A stretch of 63,869 bases of DNA, the filler included, from an uncultured bacterium (GTDB lineage: Bacteria > B130-G9), in the NCBI GenBank assembly GCA_965372715.1. It is 9 parts of 6 records of this genome, joined end to end, with 100 filler letters (N's around TTAATTAATTAA, not from the genome) between each part and the next. Parts side by side here need not be neighbours in the genome. Positions count along the whole stretch, not along the records: positions 37,973 to 63,869 come from CBDVDH010000054.1; 8 more parts are not named here. The stretch is one strand, 5' to 3'. The notes beneath the pieces were generated by a model. That model searched no databases and was not told the origin of the DNA. It saw only the letters and a list, made by a program, of their open reading frames with translations. The position numbers and the translations under genes were made by a program. Positions 40,171 to 49,993 of this stretch are shown here, in pieces. How positions within the stretch are numbered: position 1 is the stretch's first letter; each line of letters starts with the position of its first letter.

Positions 40171-40493
40171 TAGTGCCTAGTTTTTGCGCAGATTGCGTTT
40201 GGAGTGTCCGTCCGGCCGATGGAAACTCTCTTGGAGGCGCTTATGATAGGCTCGTTCGACAAAACGATTTGAGTCGGGTCTGTGAGGCGCCTCACCGTCC
40301 GATCTCGCAGACCCTGATTCCCGCGCTCGCACTGTATTCGTTCTGGTCACATGCTGAAGAGACGGCAGAATACCCGTAGTTGTCACAAGGGCAGGCCTTT
40401 TTTCCTGTTCCCAAACACTTCAAACGGAGGAAATTGGCGAGCATTTGGCCACACCGCACGAAAAGAAAATAGGATTAGTTAGGAGCTGTAAAG

Positions 40494-41843
40494 ATGCATA
40501 GATATTTACTGTGCGGCATTGGATTGATGGTGTTCGCGTTTGTGAGTTACTCCTTTGGGCTCGAGCTCGACCGTTACCTTGAACACTACACCGAGGAAGA
40601 CGGTTTGGGCTCCAACGTCGTGAGCTCCATCTGCTTAGCAGATTCTGGTGTCAAGTGGTTCGCTGGCGTGCGCGCGGCTGGGTGGTCCAGTGATTCGGTC
40701 GTTTCGCGCTTCGACGAACGTTCTTGGCAAACCTTCAACCATTGCGGCGTGGTCGCTATGGCGGTGGATACTACCGGGCAGCTATGGGTCTGCAGCTTGG
40801 CCGGTCCCGGCATCTACTATCTGAAGGAGGGCCGATTCCAGCCTTTCCGGATTTCGGGGTATGGGGGCTTTAGCTATGGTATGGCGATAACATTTGGCGT
40901 CTCTAGGGAGATGTGGATGGGTGGTATGGGGGGGTCGATGACGATATGCCGGTACAGAAGGGAACTGGACCAATGGAGTGCTTGGGGGGAAGAAGTTGGA
41001 TACCCAACGATGTTCGCGGTCGATGCCGAGCAGCGGGTCTGGTTCGTTGACGCGTACGGCGACGGCGTGTACCGCATCTCAGAGAATGGTGAGGCGTGGG
41101 ACAGAATCGATGACAACCTCCGACTGCCGAGCGGGATTAAATATCGGCAGATATACGCATCTCATACCGGCCGGGTCTGGGTGCAAGCTTCTCGTGCACG
41201 ACCGTTCTATAGCGATGATTATGATAACTGGGTTAAGTTCGATGAATCTCCGTTGAAGCCATTCGCAGGCGATCAGCTGTGGATACAATGCGTTGCTGAA
41301 GACGGTATCTGGTTAAATGTGTACTCCAGCCGCTATCGACGCAGCGCCTTTTACCACGACTACTCCGACTGGCGTTTCATCAGAGTGGGCGCCACTGTAT
41401 CAACGATAGAGGTCGATGAGCGGTCGCGTGACGTCTGGTTTGGCACTACTAACGGCGCGTATGTGATGCGGGGTGGGCCGGAGGCGTGGCCGCCAGTGTG
41501 GATTGAGCTTGAGGCGCTCGTGAACCCGGGCGGGGCCAGACCGACCCTCTCGCTGCTAGGAAGCGCAGAGTTTCAGATGGACCTGCAACTCGACCTATAC
41601 GTCGCGGTCGAGCTTCCCGACGGCAGGCTTCTGTTCGGGCCGGATTGGACGCCGGCGATGACGCCTCTAGTGCCGAACCTGGAGGTCCCCATAGGTCTGA
41701 ACATAAAGGACCTGCCTCTTGTCGAACTCGACCTTGCAGGCGTCCCGGAGGGTAGCTATCGCTGGTTCGCGGCGTGCACCCACGCGGGGACGACGGGATT
41801 TGCGAGCAACATCGCCTCATGCGAGTGGGAGTTCATTAGATAG
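40494..41843 (+). CDS. Secreted beta-propeller protein with shared C-terminal domain
   Basis: Signal peptide, YTEEDGLGSN and W-rich blade repeats, CTD beginning near DLYVAVELPDG; AGGAG RBS. Confidence 0.8.
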   Translation: MHRYLLCGIGLMVFAFVSYSFGLELDRYLEHYTEEDGLGSNVVSSICLADSGVKWFAGVRAAGWSSDSVVSRFDERSWQTFNHCGVVAMAVDTTGQLWVCSLAGPGIYYLKEGRFQPFRISGYGGFSYGMAITFGVSREMWMGGMGGSMTICRYRRELDQWSAWGEEVGYPTMFAVDAEQRVWFVDAYGDGVYRISENGEAWDRIDDNLRLPSGIKYRQIYASHTGRVWVQASRARPFYSDDYDNWVKFDESPLKPFAGDQLWIQCVAEDGIWLNVYSSRYRRSAFYHDYSDWRFIRVGATVSTIEVDERSRDVWFGTTNGAYVMRGGPEAWPPVWIELEALVNPGGARPTLSLLGSAEFQMDLQLDLYVAVELPDGRLLFGPDWTPAMTPLVPNLEVPIGLNIKDLPLVELDLAGVPEGSYRWFAACTHAGTTGFASNIASCEWEFIR

Positions 41844-41946
41844 GGGGAGAAAAGGAAAAAGGGACAAAAGGAGAAAGGGAAATTCATGTAGGGGCGTGGT
41901 CTCAGACCCGCCCGTATAGGTCAATCGGTCAACGGGTCAATAGGTT
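41843..41946 (+). repeat. Purine tract, REP and GGTCAA tandem repeats
   Basis: GGGGAGAAAAGGAAAAAGGGACAAAAGGAGAAAGGG; REP 41888-41913; GGTCAATC-GGTCAACG-GGTCAATA. Confidence 0.7.
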
Positions 41947-42058
41947 ATGGGAGCGGAGACCCGCCGTCCTGTGGTCTCTCGAACCTGACAAATTACTTGC
42001 CGCCGGCGCCTGTCTTTGGCTAAGATGCACCGCAAGACGGTGAACTCTGAGGTCGAGG

Positions 42059-43165
42059 ATGGCGAAGGAAAATATGCTCTGGGTTGCGCTTGGACTGGCT
42101 CTGGGCGAGAAGCGCGTGACGTTCAGGAATCTTATCGCTGAGTTTGAAGATGTCGATGCGATTCTCGGCGCCTCGACACTTTCGCTGTGCAAGGTCAAGG
42201 GCGTAACGCACGAGCTGGCGGCGGCAATTAGAAAGGCGCCCGACAGCCCAGAGTTTGAGAAAGAGCGGGACACGATTGAGCGGCTAGGGCTTTCGATAAT
42301 CACGCTCAAGAGCCCGGATTATCCCGAGAATCTCCGACACGTTCCGGACCCGCCGGCACTGCTCTACGTACGCGGCGAACTTGAGGCGCGGGACAGCTTT
42401 GCCATCGCGATCGTGGGGACGCGCTCCTGCACTCATTATGGAAAGGAGACGGCTCAGAGCCTCGGGATGCAGCTCGCCTCGATGGGCCTGACCGTCGTCA
42501 GCGGGCTTGCCAGGGGCATCGACAGCCATGCCCACAGAGGCGCGCTCATGGGCAAGGGCCGGACCATCGCGGTGCTCGGCACTGGGCTCGACAACGTGTA
42601 TCCTGCTGAGCACGCATCGCTGGCCGACGAGATAGCGAAATCGGGTGCTGTTATCAGCGAGTTTCCGTGTGGTGTCGCTCCACTCCCCAGGAACTTCCCA
42701 ATTCGCAACAGGATCATTAGCGGGCTTGCCCTCGGAACGGTAGTGGTCGAGGCGCCTCCGCAGAGCGGTGCGTTGATAACAGCGCGGCTGGCGCTCGATC
42801 AGGGTCGGGAGGTCTTCGCCGTGCCCGGCAATATAACGGCGGTGACGAGCCGCGGCCCCAACCTGTTAATCCGCCAGGGCGCGAAGTCGGTGCTCTCCGC
42901 CAGGGACATCATCGAGGAGATCGCCCCTGAGATTAAGGGCATGATGCGAGAGGAGACGATCAAGCAGGCGGCCGAGGCGAAGCTCAACCTCGACCCGAAC
43001 GAGCGGAAGATCTACGAGACGCTGTCGCAGGAGCCGCTTCACATCGATGAGATAACGCTCGCAACCGCCCTGCCGCTGCCAAAGATAGGGATGGGCCTAT
43101 TCAACCTCGAGATAAAAGGCCTCGCCAAAGAGCTCCCCGGCAAGCTATTCGTCAGAACGCTGTAG
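42059..43165 (+). CDS. dprA: DNA-processing protein DprA
   Basis: AIVGTR, VVSGLARGIDSHAH, FPIRNRIISGL, SGALITA, GREVFAVPG, C-terminal winged helix. Confidence 0.96.
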   Translation: MAKENMLWVALGLALGEKRVTFRNLIAEFEDVDAILGASTLSLCKVKGVTHELAAAIRKAPDSPEFEKERDTIERLGLSIITLKSPDYPENLRHVPDPPALLYVRGELEARDSFAIAIVGTRSCTHYGKETAQSLGMQLASMGLTVVSGLARGIDSHAHRGALMGKGRTIAVLGTGLDNVYPAEHASLADEIAKSGAVISEFPCGVAPLPRNFPIRNRIISGLALGTVVVEAPPQSGALITARLALDQGREVFAVPGNITAVTSRGPNLLIRQGAKSVLSARDIIEEIAPEIKGMMREETIKQAAEAKLNLDPNERKIYETLSQEPLHIDEITLATALPLPKIGMGLFNLEIKGLAKELPGKLFVRTL

Positions 43166-43195
43166 AGCCTCTGTAAACCACTGGTCTTAGGGGAT

Positions 43196-44227
43196 TCAGT
43201 CCCCGTATCTTTGGCTTACTTCCAGAAATGCTTGTGCCGATTCTGCGAATGCGTCCAAGACCCTGGGATCGAAATGAGGTGGCATGGTTCTTCCGTCACC
43301 CTGGAGAATGATCCCTGCGCTCTTCTCGTGGGAGAAAGGTCCTTTGTAAGGCCTTTTGGACCTTAAGGCGTCATAGATATCGGCAGCGGCGAATATCCTT
43401 GCTGAGACAGGGATGTCCTCTCCTACCAGACCATCATAACCGGAGCCGTCGTATTTCTCGTGGTGAAAATAGGCTATGTCTCGCGCCATCACCAGTTCTC
43501 CCCTGGTAATCTCGAGGGCTCCTACTACCGCGTTAAGAGTATCGCCTCCTACTTTCGTATGTGTTCTCATGATTTCGAATTCGTCGCTGGTTAGGGCGGC
43601 GGGCTTCAGAAGCACACAATCAGGGATGGCAACCTTTCCAATATCGTGGAGGACACTTACGGAATAGATGTTCTGAACGAAATCGGCGTCGTGCCCCAGA
43701 CATTCTGCGATTATTCTTGAGTATTCTCGCGTCCTTTCGAGATGTGCGCCGGTCTCAGGGTCTCTTGATTCAGCCAGTTTGGCCATAGCGAAGATCGTTG
43801 CATCCTTTGTCGCTGTGTATTCCTTCGCAAGAATGCCGATTGTCTTATGATGCAATTGGTCCAGCAAGATGATTGGCTTCAGGATATCATCGCCGTATCT
43901 CTTCCACAGGACACCGGCGTAAGCTTCCTCGAAATCATGGAACGCCTCCAAGAACGAGTCTTGGTGGATATCCGCAGCTGCGGTTGTTCTTCCAATTGCT
44001 GAATTGGCCTTGAAATAAGCAGCCAAATCGCCCTTTGACAGATGCTCTATGAAGGCATCTACGAGCATCTCGATGCCTTTTTTCAGAGGCTCGAACTTCG
44101 GAGAATCAGTGTCGATTTGCTGCGCAACCCAGTTGTCAACAATCTCGCTTCTATTGTCGCCAAACATAGAGGCGATTTCCGTCAGAAGCGCTACTCTGTC
44201 TTCTCTGTAAAGGTCTTTCTTTCCCAT
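43196..44227 (-). CDS. HD-GYP phosphodiesterase with N-terminal helical domain
   Basis: RDPETGAHLER, LHDIGK, HHEKYDGSGY, ADIYDALRSKRPYK, HFDP. Confidence 0.88.
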   Translation of the reverse strand: MGKKDLYREDRVALLTEIASMFGDNRSEIVDNWVAQQIDTDSPKFEPLKKGIEMLVDAFIEHLSKGDLAAYFKANSAIGRTTAAADIHQDSFLEAFHDFEEAYAGVLWKRYGDDILKPIILLDQLHHKTIGILAKEYTATKDATIFAMAKLAESRDPETGAHLERTREYSRIIAECLGHDADFVQNIYSVSVLHDIGKVAIPDCVLLKPAALTSDEFEIMRTHTKVGGDTLNAVVGALEITRGELVMARDIAYFHHEKYDGSGYDGLVGEDIPVSARIFAAADIYDALRSKRPYKGPFSHEKSAGIILQGDGRTMPPHFDPRVLDAFAESAQAFLEVSQRYGD

Positions 44228-44305
44228 TTTTTCACCCAGAGTTCTATGTGCTGGTTTGGCATAGCCTTTGCCTCATATTGTCTAATATGCTAACCGCGCT
44301 CGGCG

Positions 44306-44798
44306 TTATTGCAGCGTGAATCCTGCCATGCCGATATCGCAGAACGGCGTGAGCGTGCCCGGCTCGACGAAGGCCGTGAATAATGTGAACTGTCCGGCTG
44401 AGTCAAATGGCGCCCCGGATGGCAGATTGGCCACAAAAGCGTCGAGGCTAAGTTCCCAGTTGGGTTGCGTCGGTAAACTGGAGTAGAATGCGTGCAGGTC
44501 CTCTGACCAGGCCGTGTCGGCGCCGAAGTCGTCCGGCGACCAGAACTGGCCGCCCGGCGTAAGCAGGACCACGTAGAAATCCGCCGTCATTGGCGTATGC
44601 CCCAATGGCGAAGTCATCGTAGCCGTCGCCGTTGACATCGCCAGCGTTTGAGACAGACCAGCCTGCGAAATCCTCGCATGCCTCGCCCCAAAACGACGCG
44701 TCCGAATCCGAAAGGCTCGTATCCATCGCAAAATCCGCATACAAACCAGTGCTTGCTACTATCAGGATCAACGCCGCCAGCAAAAACACCCTCTTCAT
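44306..44798 (-). pseudogene. Internally deleted, frameshifted secreted FG-GAP repeat protein (signal peptide, first FG-GAP repeat, out-of-frame CTD)
   Basis: Frame from 44798 gives a signal peptide and AGDVNGDGYDDFAIGA; near 44585 the coding signal switches frame to TADFYVVLLTPGG...GFTLQ, stop at 44306. Confidence 0.75.
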
Positions 44799-44936
44799 CC
44801 TGTAATCCTCCCAGGTTAATAGGTCCGAAGGCCCAGCGTCATCGGCTCATGGTCCTGCACAGTTATAGTAGAGAGAATAGCGGACAAACGCATCCCCGTC
44901 GTGTAGAGGCGGGGCTTGTCTCCGGGCGCAAGGCTG

Positions 44937-45920
44937 CTACTCGTGCAGTTCCCCGATTGTTATGGTGGCCATGCCCTCCTTGGAGAGGACGACCTTCATC
45001 GCGCGACTGGCCAGGATAGCGGCGTTTTCGTAATCCGCGCCCGCCGCGAGCGCCAGCGCAAAGGTGCTGCAAACAGTGTCCTGGACCCCGGCGGGATTGA
45101 AGTTGTTCGAGGCACCGACCTGGAGCGTCTTTTGGGCGCCGTCCTTCGTGCAGATCGCAATCTCCTGCCCCTCCCGGACCACAAGCGCCGCCTCGCAATC
45201 GAGCAGCTTGACAACTTCCTCGCCTATGGCGGTGATACTCGTGAAGAAGTTGCCGTTGACGATATGGACGAAGTCTTGGGCATCGTAGTAGTTAGGAATG
45301 ATGGCGGTCGCATTTGTGAAAAGGCGGAAGTGCCGCTGTTTGGAGCTGACGATTGTGGGGACTTTCTTCTCTCGCGCGAGGTCTATGATGAACCTAGGAA
45401 GTGTGTTCCCAAGCAGCATCCCCTTGTCATAGTCAGATATCAGAATCGCGTTTATTTGGTCGATATTCGACTCGATATATCGCTTAACAGTGGGCGTCTC
45501 ATTTTCGGTCAGCTGTCTTCTGCTCTCATAGTCGTATCGCACGATCTGCTGGTTGTATGGCAAGGCCACGACGCGCACTTTGAGAGTGGTTGCCCGGTCG
45601 GACGAAGGGAAGATACCGCCCGACTCGATTCCGGTGTCTCGAACCGCCTTTCTGAACATGTGCGCCGCATCATCGTAGCCCACAACACCACACAAAAGCA
45701 CTGTTGCGCCGAGCTGTTTGGCGTTGTGCGCAACGTTGGCCGCGCCGCCGAGGCGATACTCCTCCTTCTTGACCTTGATAACAGGAACCGCTGCCTCGGG
45801 TGAGAGTCGCTCGGCGTTCCCATAGACATATTTGTCCGCCATGAGGTCGCCGACCACAAGGATGCGCAATTTGCTGAAACTCGACATTATCGAAGCGAGG
45901 CTCTCATTGCTCTCGGTCAC
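44937..45920 (-). CDS. RfaE/HldE kinase-like PfkB family sugar kinase, divergent
   Basis: ILVVGDLMADKY, RLSPEAAVPV, GGAANVAHN, ISDYDKG; the PfkB GAGD motif appears as GVQD. Confidence 0.8.
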   Translation of the reverse strand: MTESNESLASIMSSFSKLRILVVGDLMADKYVYGNAERLSPEAAVPVIKVKKEEYRLGGAANVAHNAKQLGATVLLCGVVGYDDAAHMFRKAVRDTGIESGGIFPSSDRATTLKVRVVALPYNQQIVRYDYESRRQLTENETPTVKRYIESNIDQINAILISDYDKGMLLGNTLPRFIIDLAREKKVPTIVSSKQRHFRLFTNATAIIPNYYDAQDFVHIVNGNFFTSITAIGEEVVKLLDCEAALVVREGQEIAICTKDGAQKTLQVGASNNFNPAGVQDTVCSTFALALAAGADYENAAILASRAMKVVLSKEGMATITIGELHE

Positions 45921-46025
45921 AGAATGCTCCTTTCCCGGTAGTTACCCACACTATTCGCCAGCTAATGCTCCCTATAATCGGGAATGTAAGACCGTCGCTG
46001 CAAAAAGCAAGCTAGCCAACGCAGT

Positions 46026-48647
46026 TCATTCCTGAGCCACTTCAGGGACGCTCGCAACCTGGACGTAGTGGGTGAAGTATTTCCTCGCCACGCGCATCAC
46101 GTCTTTGGCCGTAACCGCCGCGATCCTCTCCTCGTACTGAAGGTATGAGTCGTACCCAAGTCCGTAGAGCTCACCGAGGCACGCGGCTGCCGATTGCTGG
46201 GACGCGGTCTGTCGGCGATGGACCTCCTCGGCCGCGATGCACATCCCCTTCGCTATGGTCAGTTCTTGAGCGCTCACGAGGTGTTTGCCAATCTTGACCA
46301 CCTCCTCGGCTATCACGTTCTGAACCTGTCCAAGGTTCTTCGGAAGGCATGACGCATAAATCAAAAACCATCCCGGGTCCACTCCCAACCGATTGTATGC
46401 GTGGACGAGATAAACCAGTTGGCTGTTACGCAGCCTCGAGTGAAGCCTCCCGCCCGGAGAATGAATCCCGGACAGAACGCCATCCAACACATCCAGAGCG
46501 CATTTGTCCTCGTCGGAAACAGAGCACGACCTGAAGCCATAGAACACCGCCGCCTGCTTCCATCCCGTCTTGTCAGAAATCACGATGTTCTCAGCCAGCG
46601 GTGGATCGAGCGAGACCTTGGGCCGAACAGTTCTGCCACCAAGCTCGGAGAAATGCTCCTCAACCAGCGACTTTGCGTAGGCGCTGTTGGCCGCGCCGAA
46701 AATCGAAAGGACCATGTTATCCGGCTTGACGTAGGCCTCGTAGTAGTCCCAGACGTCATCTACGGTGAGCCTTGAAACGCTTTCCAACGTTCCATACTTG
46801 CTCATTCTGTAGGGATGAGAGCTGTAGAGGCTAGAAAGCATCATCTGACGAGGTTTTTCATGCCAATAGTCAGCGCGGCGCTTGATCACGGCCAGAGCAT
46901 TCTTCTGCTGCCGCTTGAACTCCTCATCGTCGAACTTGGGACGCAGGATGATGTCGGCCACAAGCTCGAGCCCCTGCTCAAGGTCTTCCTGCAACATCTC
47001 AACCGACACGTGGAACGTGTTCATATCGGACGAGGCGGAGACCTTGGCGCCCATCTGGTCGATAGACAAAGCAATCTCCTCGGCAGTCCTGGATTTCGTC
47101 CCCTTCAAAAGGAGCGGCGCCATGAGATTCCCCACGCCATTGGTCTTTGGCGTCTCGTATCTTGTCCCACCTAAGAAGTAGGCCTCAACGGAAACAGTCG
47201 CCGCCTTCTCACCCTCTTGGGTCAGCAGACGGAGGCCGTTGGGCAGCGTCGCCTTTTCGATGCGAGGCCTTTCGGCCGCTTTCTTGTCCTTACCCTCGGC
47301 TCTCACCTCGCCCTTGCCCTTGGGCACTATCGCGACCACGCAGAGCTGGTCCTCGTCTAGATACGTGCGGGCAACGGCCATAACCTCCGCAGACGTCACG
47401 CTCGCAATCCCATCAAGATAGCGATAGCTAAAGCCTACCTCGTCCGTAGCCAGGATGTCGGAACCCAGAAGCCGCGCCTTCTGCTCCATCGTGTCAACAC
47501 CGAGCAAGTAGCCGCTCTTGATCAGCTTCTTGGCCTTTTGCAGCTCTGACTCCGAGACCGTGGCCGTCTTCACCGGCTCGATCTCCGCATGGACAGCCGC
47601 AAGCGCCTGGTCAATGTTCTCATGGGGAAGAGCCGCCCGTATCAAAAACGCCCCGATACCGTAGTTCGCCGTCCAGGACGATACCGTTATGTCCTGAGCC
47701 AAACACTGCTTGTCTTTGATGTTCCGAACCATTCGTGCGCTCTTGCCACTACCGAGTATCGCCGCCAGCACATCGAGCGCGTAAAGGTCCGGATGCTGAA
47801 GAGGAACCGTCCGAAAGCCAAGCATGAGATACGCGAGGTTCACATCCATCTCAACGACTGAGTTACGCACGTGAAGCTGCCGCGGCTCCTGCGGAAGCAC
47901 AACCGGCGCAAATGGCCGAGCGGAGAAATCCTTGAACGCCAATTCAGCCTTCTTTAGCGCCTGCGCCTCGTCAACGTCGCCCACTATAACGACGATGGTG
48001 TTTTCTGGCACATACATCCGGCGATAGTACTTGAAGAGGTCGTCCCGCGAAAGCCCCATGAAGAGGTCCTTCTGGCCAATCGTGGGGTGGCGAATCGGAT
48101 GCTTCTTGAACATGGTCCTCATCATCTGTCGCCACATCAGGCGCATCGGTTCGTCAAGGTCCTTGGCTATCTCGTTAAGAATGACGCCTCGCTGGGTCTC
48201 AACCTCCTCTTCGGGAAACGTGGCTTCGGTGTAGCAGTGCGACAAAAGAAAGAGAACCTTGTCGAAGTAGCGCGATGGGGCGACCGCGTGATAGCACGTA
48301 TGGTCGGCCGTGGTGTAGGCGTTCACGAGACCACCGAACTCGTCTGAGAACCTGTCGATCTCCTCCTTTGTCATCTTCGCCGTGCCGTCGCTCTCCACGT
48401 GCTCAACGAAGTGCGAAATCCCGCAACCCAGGTAGTCTTCCTCGTAGATAGCTCCCGCTCTTGCGATTATGCGAATCGCGACGACCGGGGCGGAGTGGTC
48501 CTCCGCAACGGCGATTGTGAGACCACTTGGCAGCCGCTTCAGCGCTACCTTATCGGGCGGGATCATGGCCGAAAACCCGTCCGTGAAGCCGATCAGCATC
48601 ACGAGTGTTGATACTGCGGCCCCTATCTTGATTTGCTTCAGACTCAT
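46026..48647 (-). CDS. M16 (pitrilysin-family) zinc peptidase, two-module, probably exported
   Basis: HFVEH (HxxEH), NAYT, second module lacking the metal motif, N-terminal signal-like sequence; GGAGG RBS. Confidence 0.92.
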   Translation of the reverse strand: MSLKQIKIGAAVSTLVMLIGFTDGFSAMIPPDKVALKRLPSGLTIAVAEDHSAPVVAIRIIARAGAIYEEDYLGCGISHFVEHVESDGTAKMTKEEIDRFSDEFGGLVNAYTTADHTCYHAVAPSRYFDKVLFLLSHCYTEATFPEEEVETQRGVILNEIAKDLDEPMRLMWRQMMRTMFKKHPIRHPTIGQKDLFMGLSRDDLFKYYRRMYVPENTIVVIVGDVDEAQALKKAELAFKDFSARPFAPVVLPQEPRQLHVRNSVVEMDVNLAYLMLGFRTVPLQHPDLYALDVLAAILGSGKSARMVRNIKDKQCLAQDITVSSWTANYGIGAFLIRAALPHENIDQALAAVHAEIEPVKTATVSESELQKAKKLIKSGYLLGVDTMEQKARLLGSDILATDEVGFSYRYLDGIASVTSAEVMAVARTYLDEDQLCVVAIVPKGKGEVRAEGKDKKAAERPRIEKATLPNGLRLLTQEGEKAATVSVEAYFLGGTRYETPKTNGVGNLMAPLLLKGTKSRTAEEIALSIDQMGAKVSASSDMNTFHVSVEMLQEDLEQGLELVADIILRPKFDDEEFKRQQKNALAVIKRRADYWHEKPRQMMLSSLYSSHPYRMSKYGTLESVSRLTVDDVWDYYEAYVKPDNMVLSIFGAANSAYAKSLVEEHFSELGGRTVRPKVSLDPPLAENIVISDKTGWKQAAVFYGFRSCSVSDEDKCALDVLDGVLSGIHSPGGRLHSRLRNSQLVYLVHAYNRLGVDPGWFLIYASCLPKNLGQVQNVIAEEVVKIGKHLVSAQELTIAKGMCIAAEEVHRRQTASQQSAAACLGELYGLGYDSYLQYEERIAAVTAKDVMRVARKYFTHYVQVASVPEVAQE

Positions 48648-48680
48648 CGATGTCCTCCAACGGCGCTCTTGCGCGCGCCA

Positions 48681-49757
48681 TCAAAACGACGTGACCTCTT
48701 TGTGCCGCGCCTCATCATATTCCTTCAAAAACCAATATACTAGCTCGACGGTGTTCTCGAAATCCGTGCAGCTGATCAGCCCGGCCGCCGAATGGACGTA
48801 TCTGCACACGACGCTGACGACCGCGCAGGGCACCCCAGACCCAGAAATCTGTATCTGCCGGCCGTCCGTTCCGCCTGTCCTGCGCACCACGACCTGATGT
48901 GGAACGTCGTGTGACTCCGCAGTTTTAATCAAGAGCTCAACTAGCGGGCGGTTTGGGAGCATCGAGGGATCATAGAACCGAATCTGTGGGCCGGCGCCCA
49001 CCTTGATCTCCGCCCCTTTCTCGCCGCCAACGGTGTCGTTCGCGGGAGAACCCTCTAGAACGACGGCAACATCAGGTTTGACAATACTTGCCGCGGGCAC
49101 AGCACCTTTGCAGCCAACCTCCTCCTGAACCGTCCCTACGCCATAGACGGTATTGGGATGGCTCTCATCCCGCAGCCGCTTCAGCGCCTCAACGATGACA
49201 GAGCAGCCGGCCCGGTCGTCCCACGCCTTGCCGAGATACATATCGCCCGGTTCGAGGTGCTCGAACCGCGTGTAAGGCACAAACGGCGTGCCCACTTTGA
49301 CCCCGAATCGTCTCGCGTCGTCTTTGTCCCTTGCGCCAAAATCGACGAACAGCTCCGCCATCGTAGGGTCCCAACCGGACTTGTTCTTGTTCCTCGTGAA
49401 GTGGACAGGTACCGAGCCGATCACGCCGCGTACGAAGCCCGATTCCGTCTTGAGTGTTACCACCGTGCCCGGTAAGTCACTTACTCGCCAGCTGCCCAAG
49501 CCCACAAAGGCCGCGCACCCGTCGTCTCTGATCCCTTGAACCATGAATCCGATCTCATCCATGTGCCCGGCGAGCATTATCTTGGGTGTCTCAGACGCTC
49601 CCTTCTTGCGGCAAATAACGCTGCCAACCCGGTCGTTGCTAACCGCGCAGAACGAGCCCAATTCATCTCTTATTACGCTCCGGACATCGTCCTCGAATCC
49701 CGGCGGGCCAAACGCCTCGGAGAGTTTCCTCAATAAGTCCTTATATCTCTGCTGCAT
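48681..49757 (-). CDS. M42 family aminopeptidase
   Basis: AGHMDEIG, KAWDDRAG, VQEEVG, GGTD, RYVHS. Confidence 0.93.
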   Translation of the reverse strand: MQQRYKDLLRKLSEAFGPPGFEDDVRSVIRDELGSFCAVSNDRVGSVICRKKGASETPKIMLAGHMDEIGFMVQGIRDDGCAAFVGLGSWRVSDLPGTVVTLKTESGFVRGVIGSVPVHFTRNKNKSGWDPTMAELFVDFGARDKDDARRFGVKVGTPFVPYTRFEHLEPGDMYLGKAWDDRAGCSVIVEALKRLRDESHPNTVYGVGTVQEEVGCKGAVPAASIVKPDVAVVLEGSPANDTVGGEKGAEIKVGAGPQIRFYDPSMLPNRPLVELLIKTAESHDVPHQVVVRRTGGTDGRQIQISGSGVPCAVVSVVCRYVHSAAGLISCTDFENTVELVYWFLKEYDEARHKEVTSF

Positions 49758-49993
49758 GTCTGTCCTCTAACGTATTGATAACTCGCGTTGCTAACGTCCT
49801 GACCCCGGCAACATGGAAAGGCAAGGCCAATCCGATCCGCACCGTCGCTGCCTCGCCAAACGCTCCATGATACCTTATGAACAACCACCGGGCACGACAA
49901 GTTCTCTCTTCAATCCCCACAAACGAACGGGCGCGCATCCGTCAACTGCAAGACCACTCTCCTAACGAGACGGCGAAAAACAAGAGATAAGGC

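Noticed and set aside
44256-44272. Sigma54 promoter-like TTGGCATAGCCTTTGC
   Set aside because: The best match faces the + strand where no gene starts; the reverse reading is a poor match.
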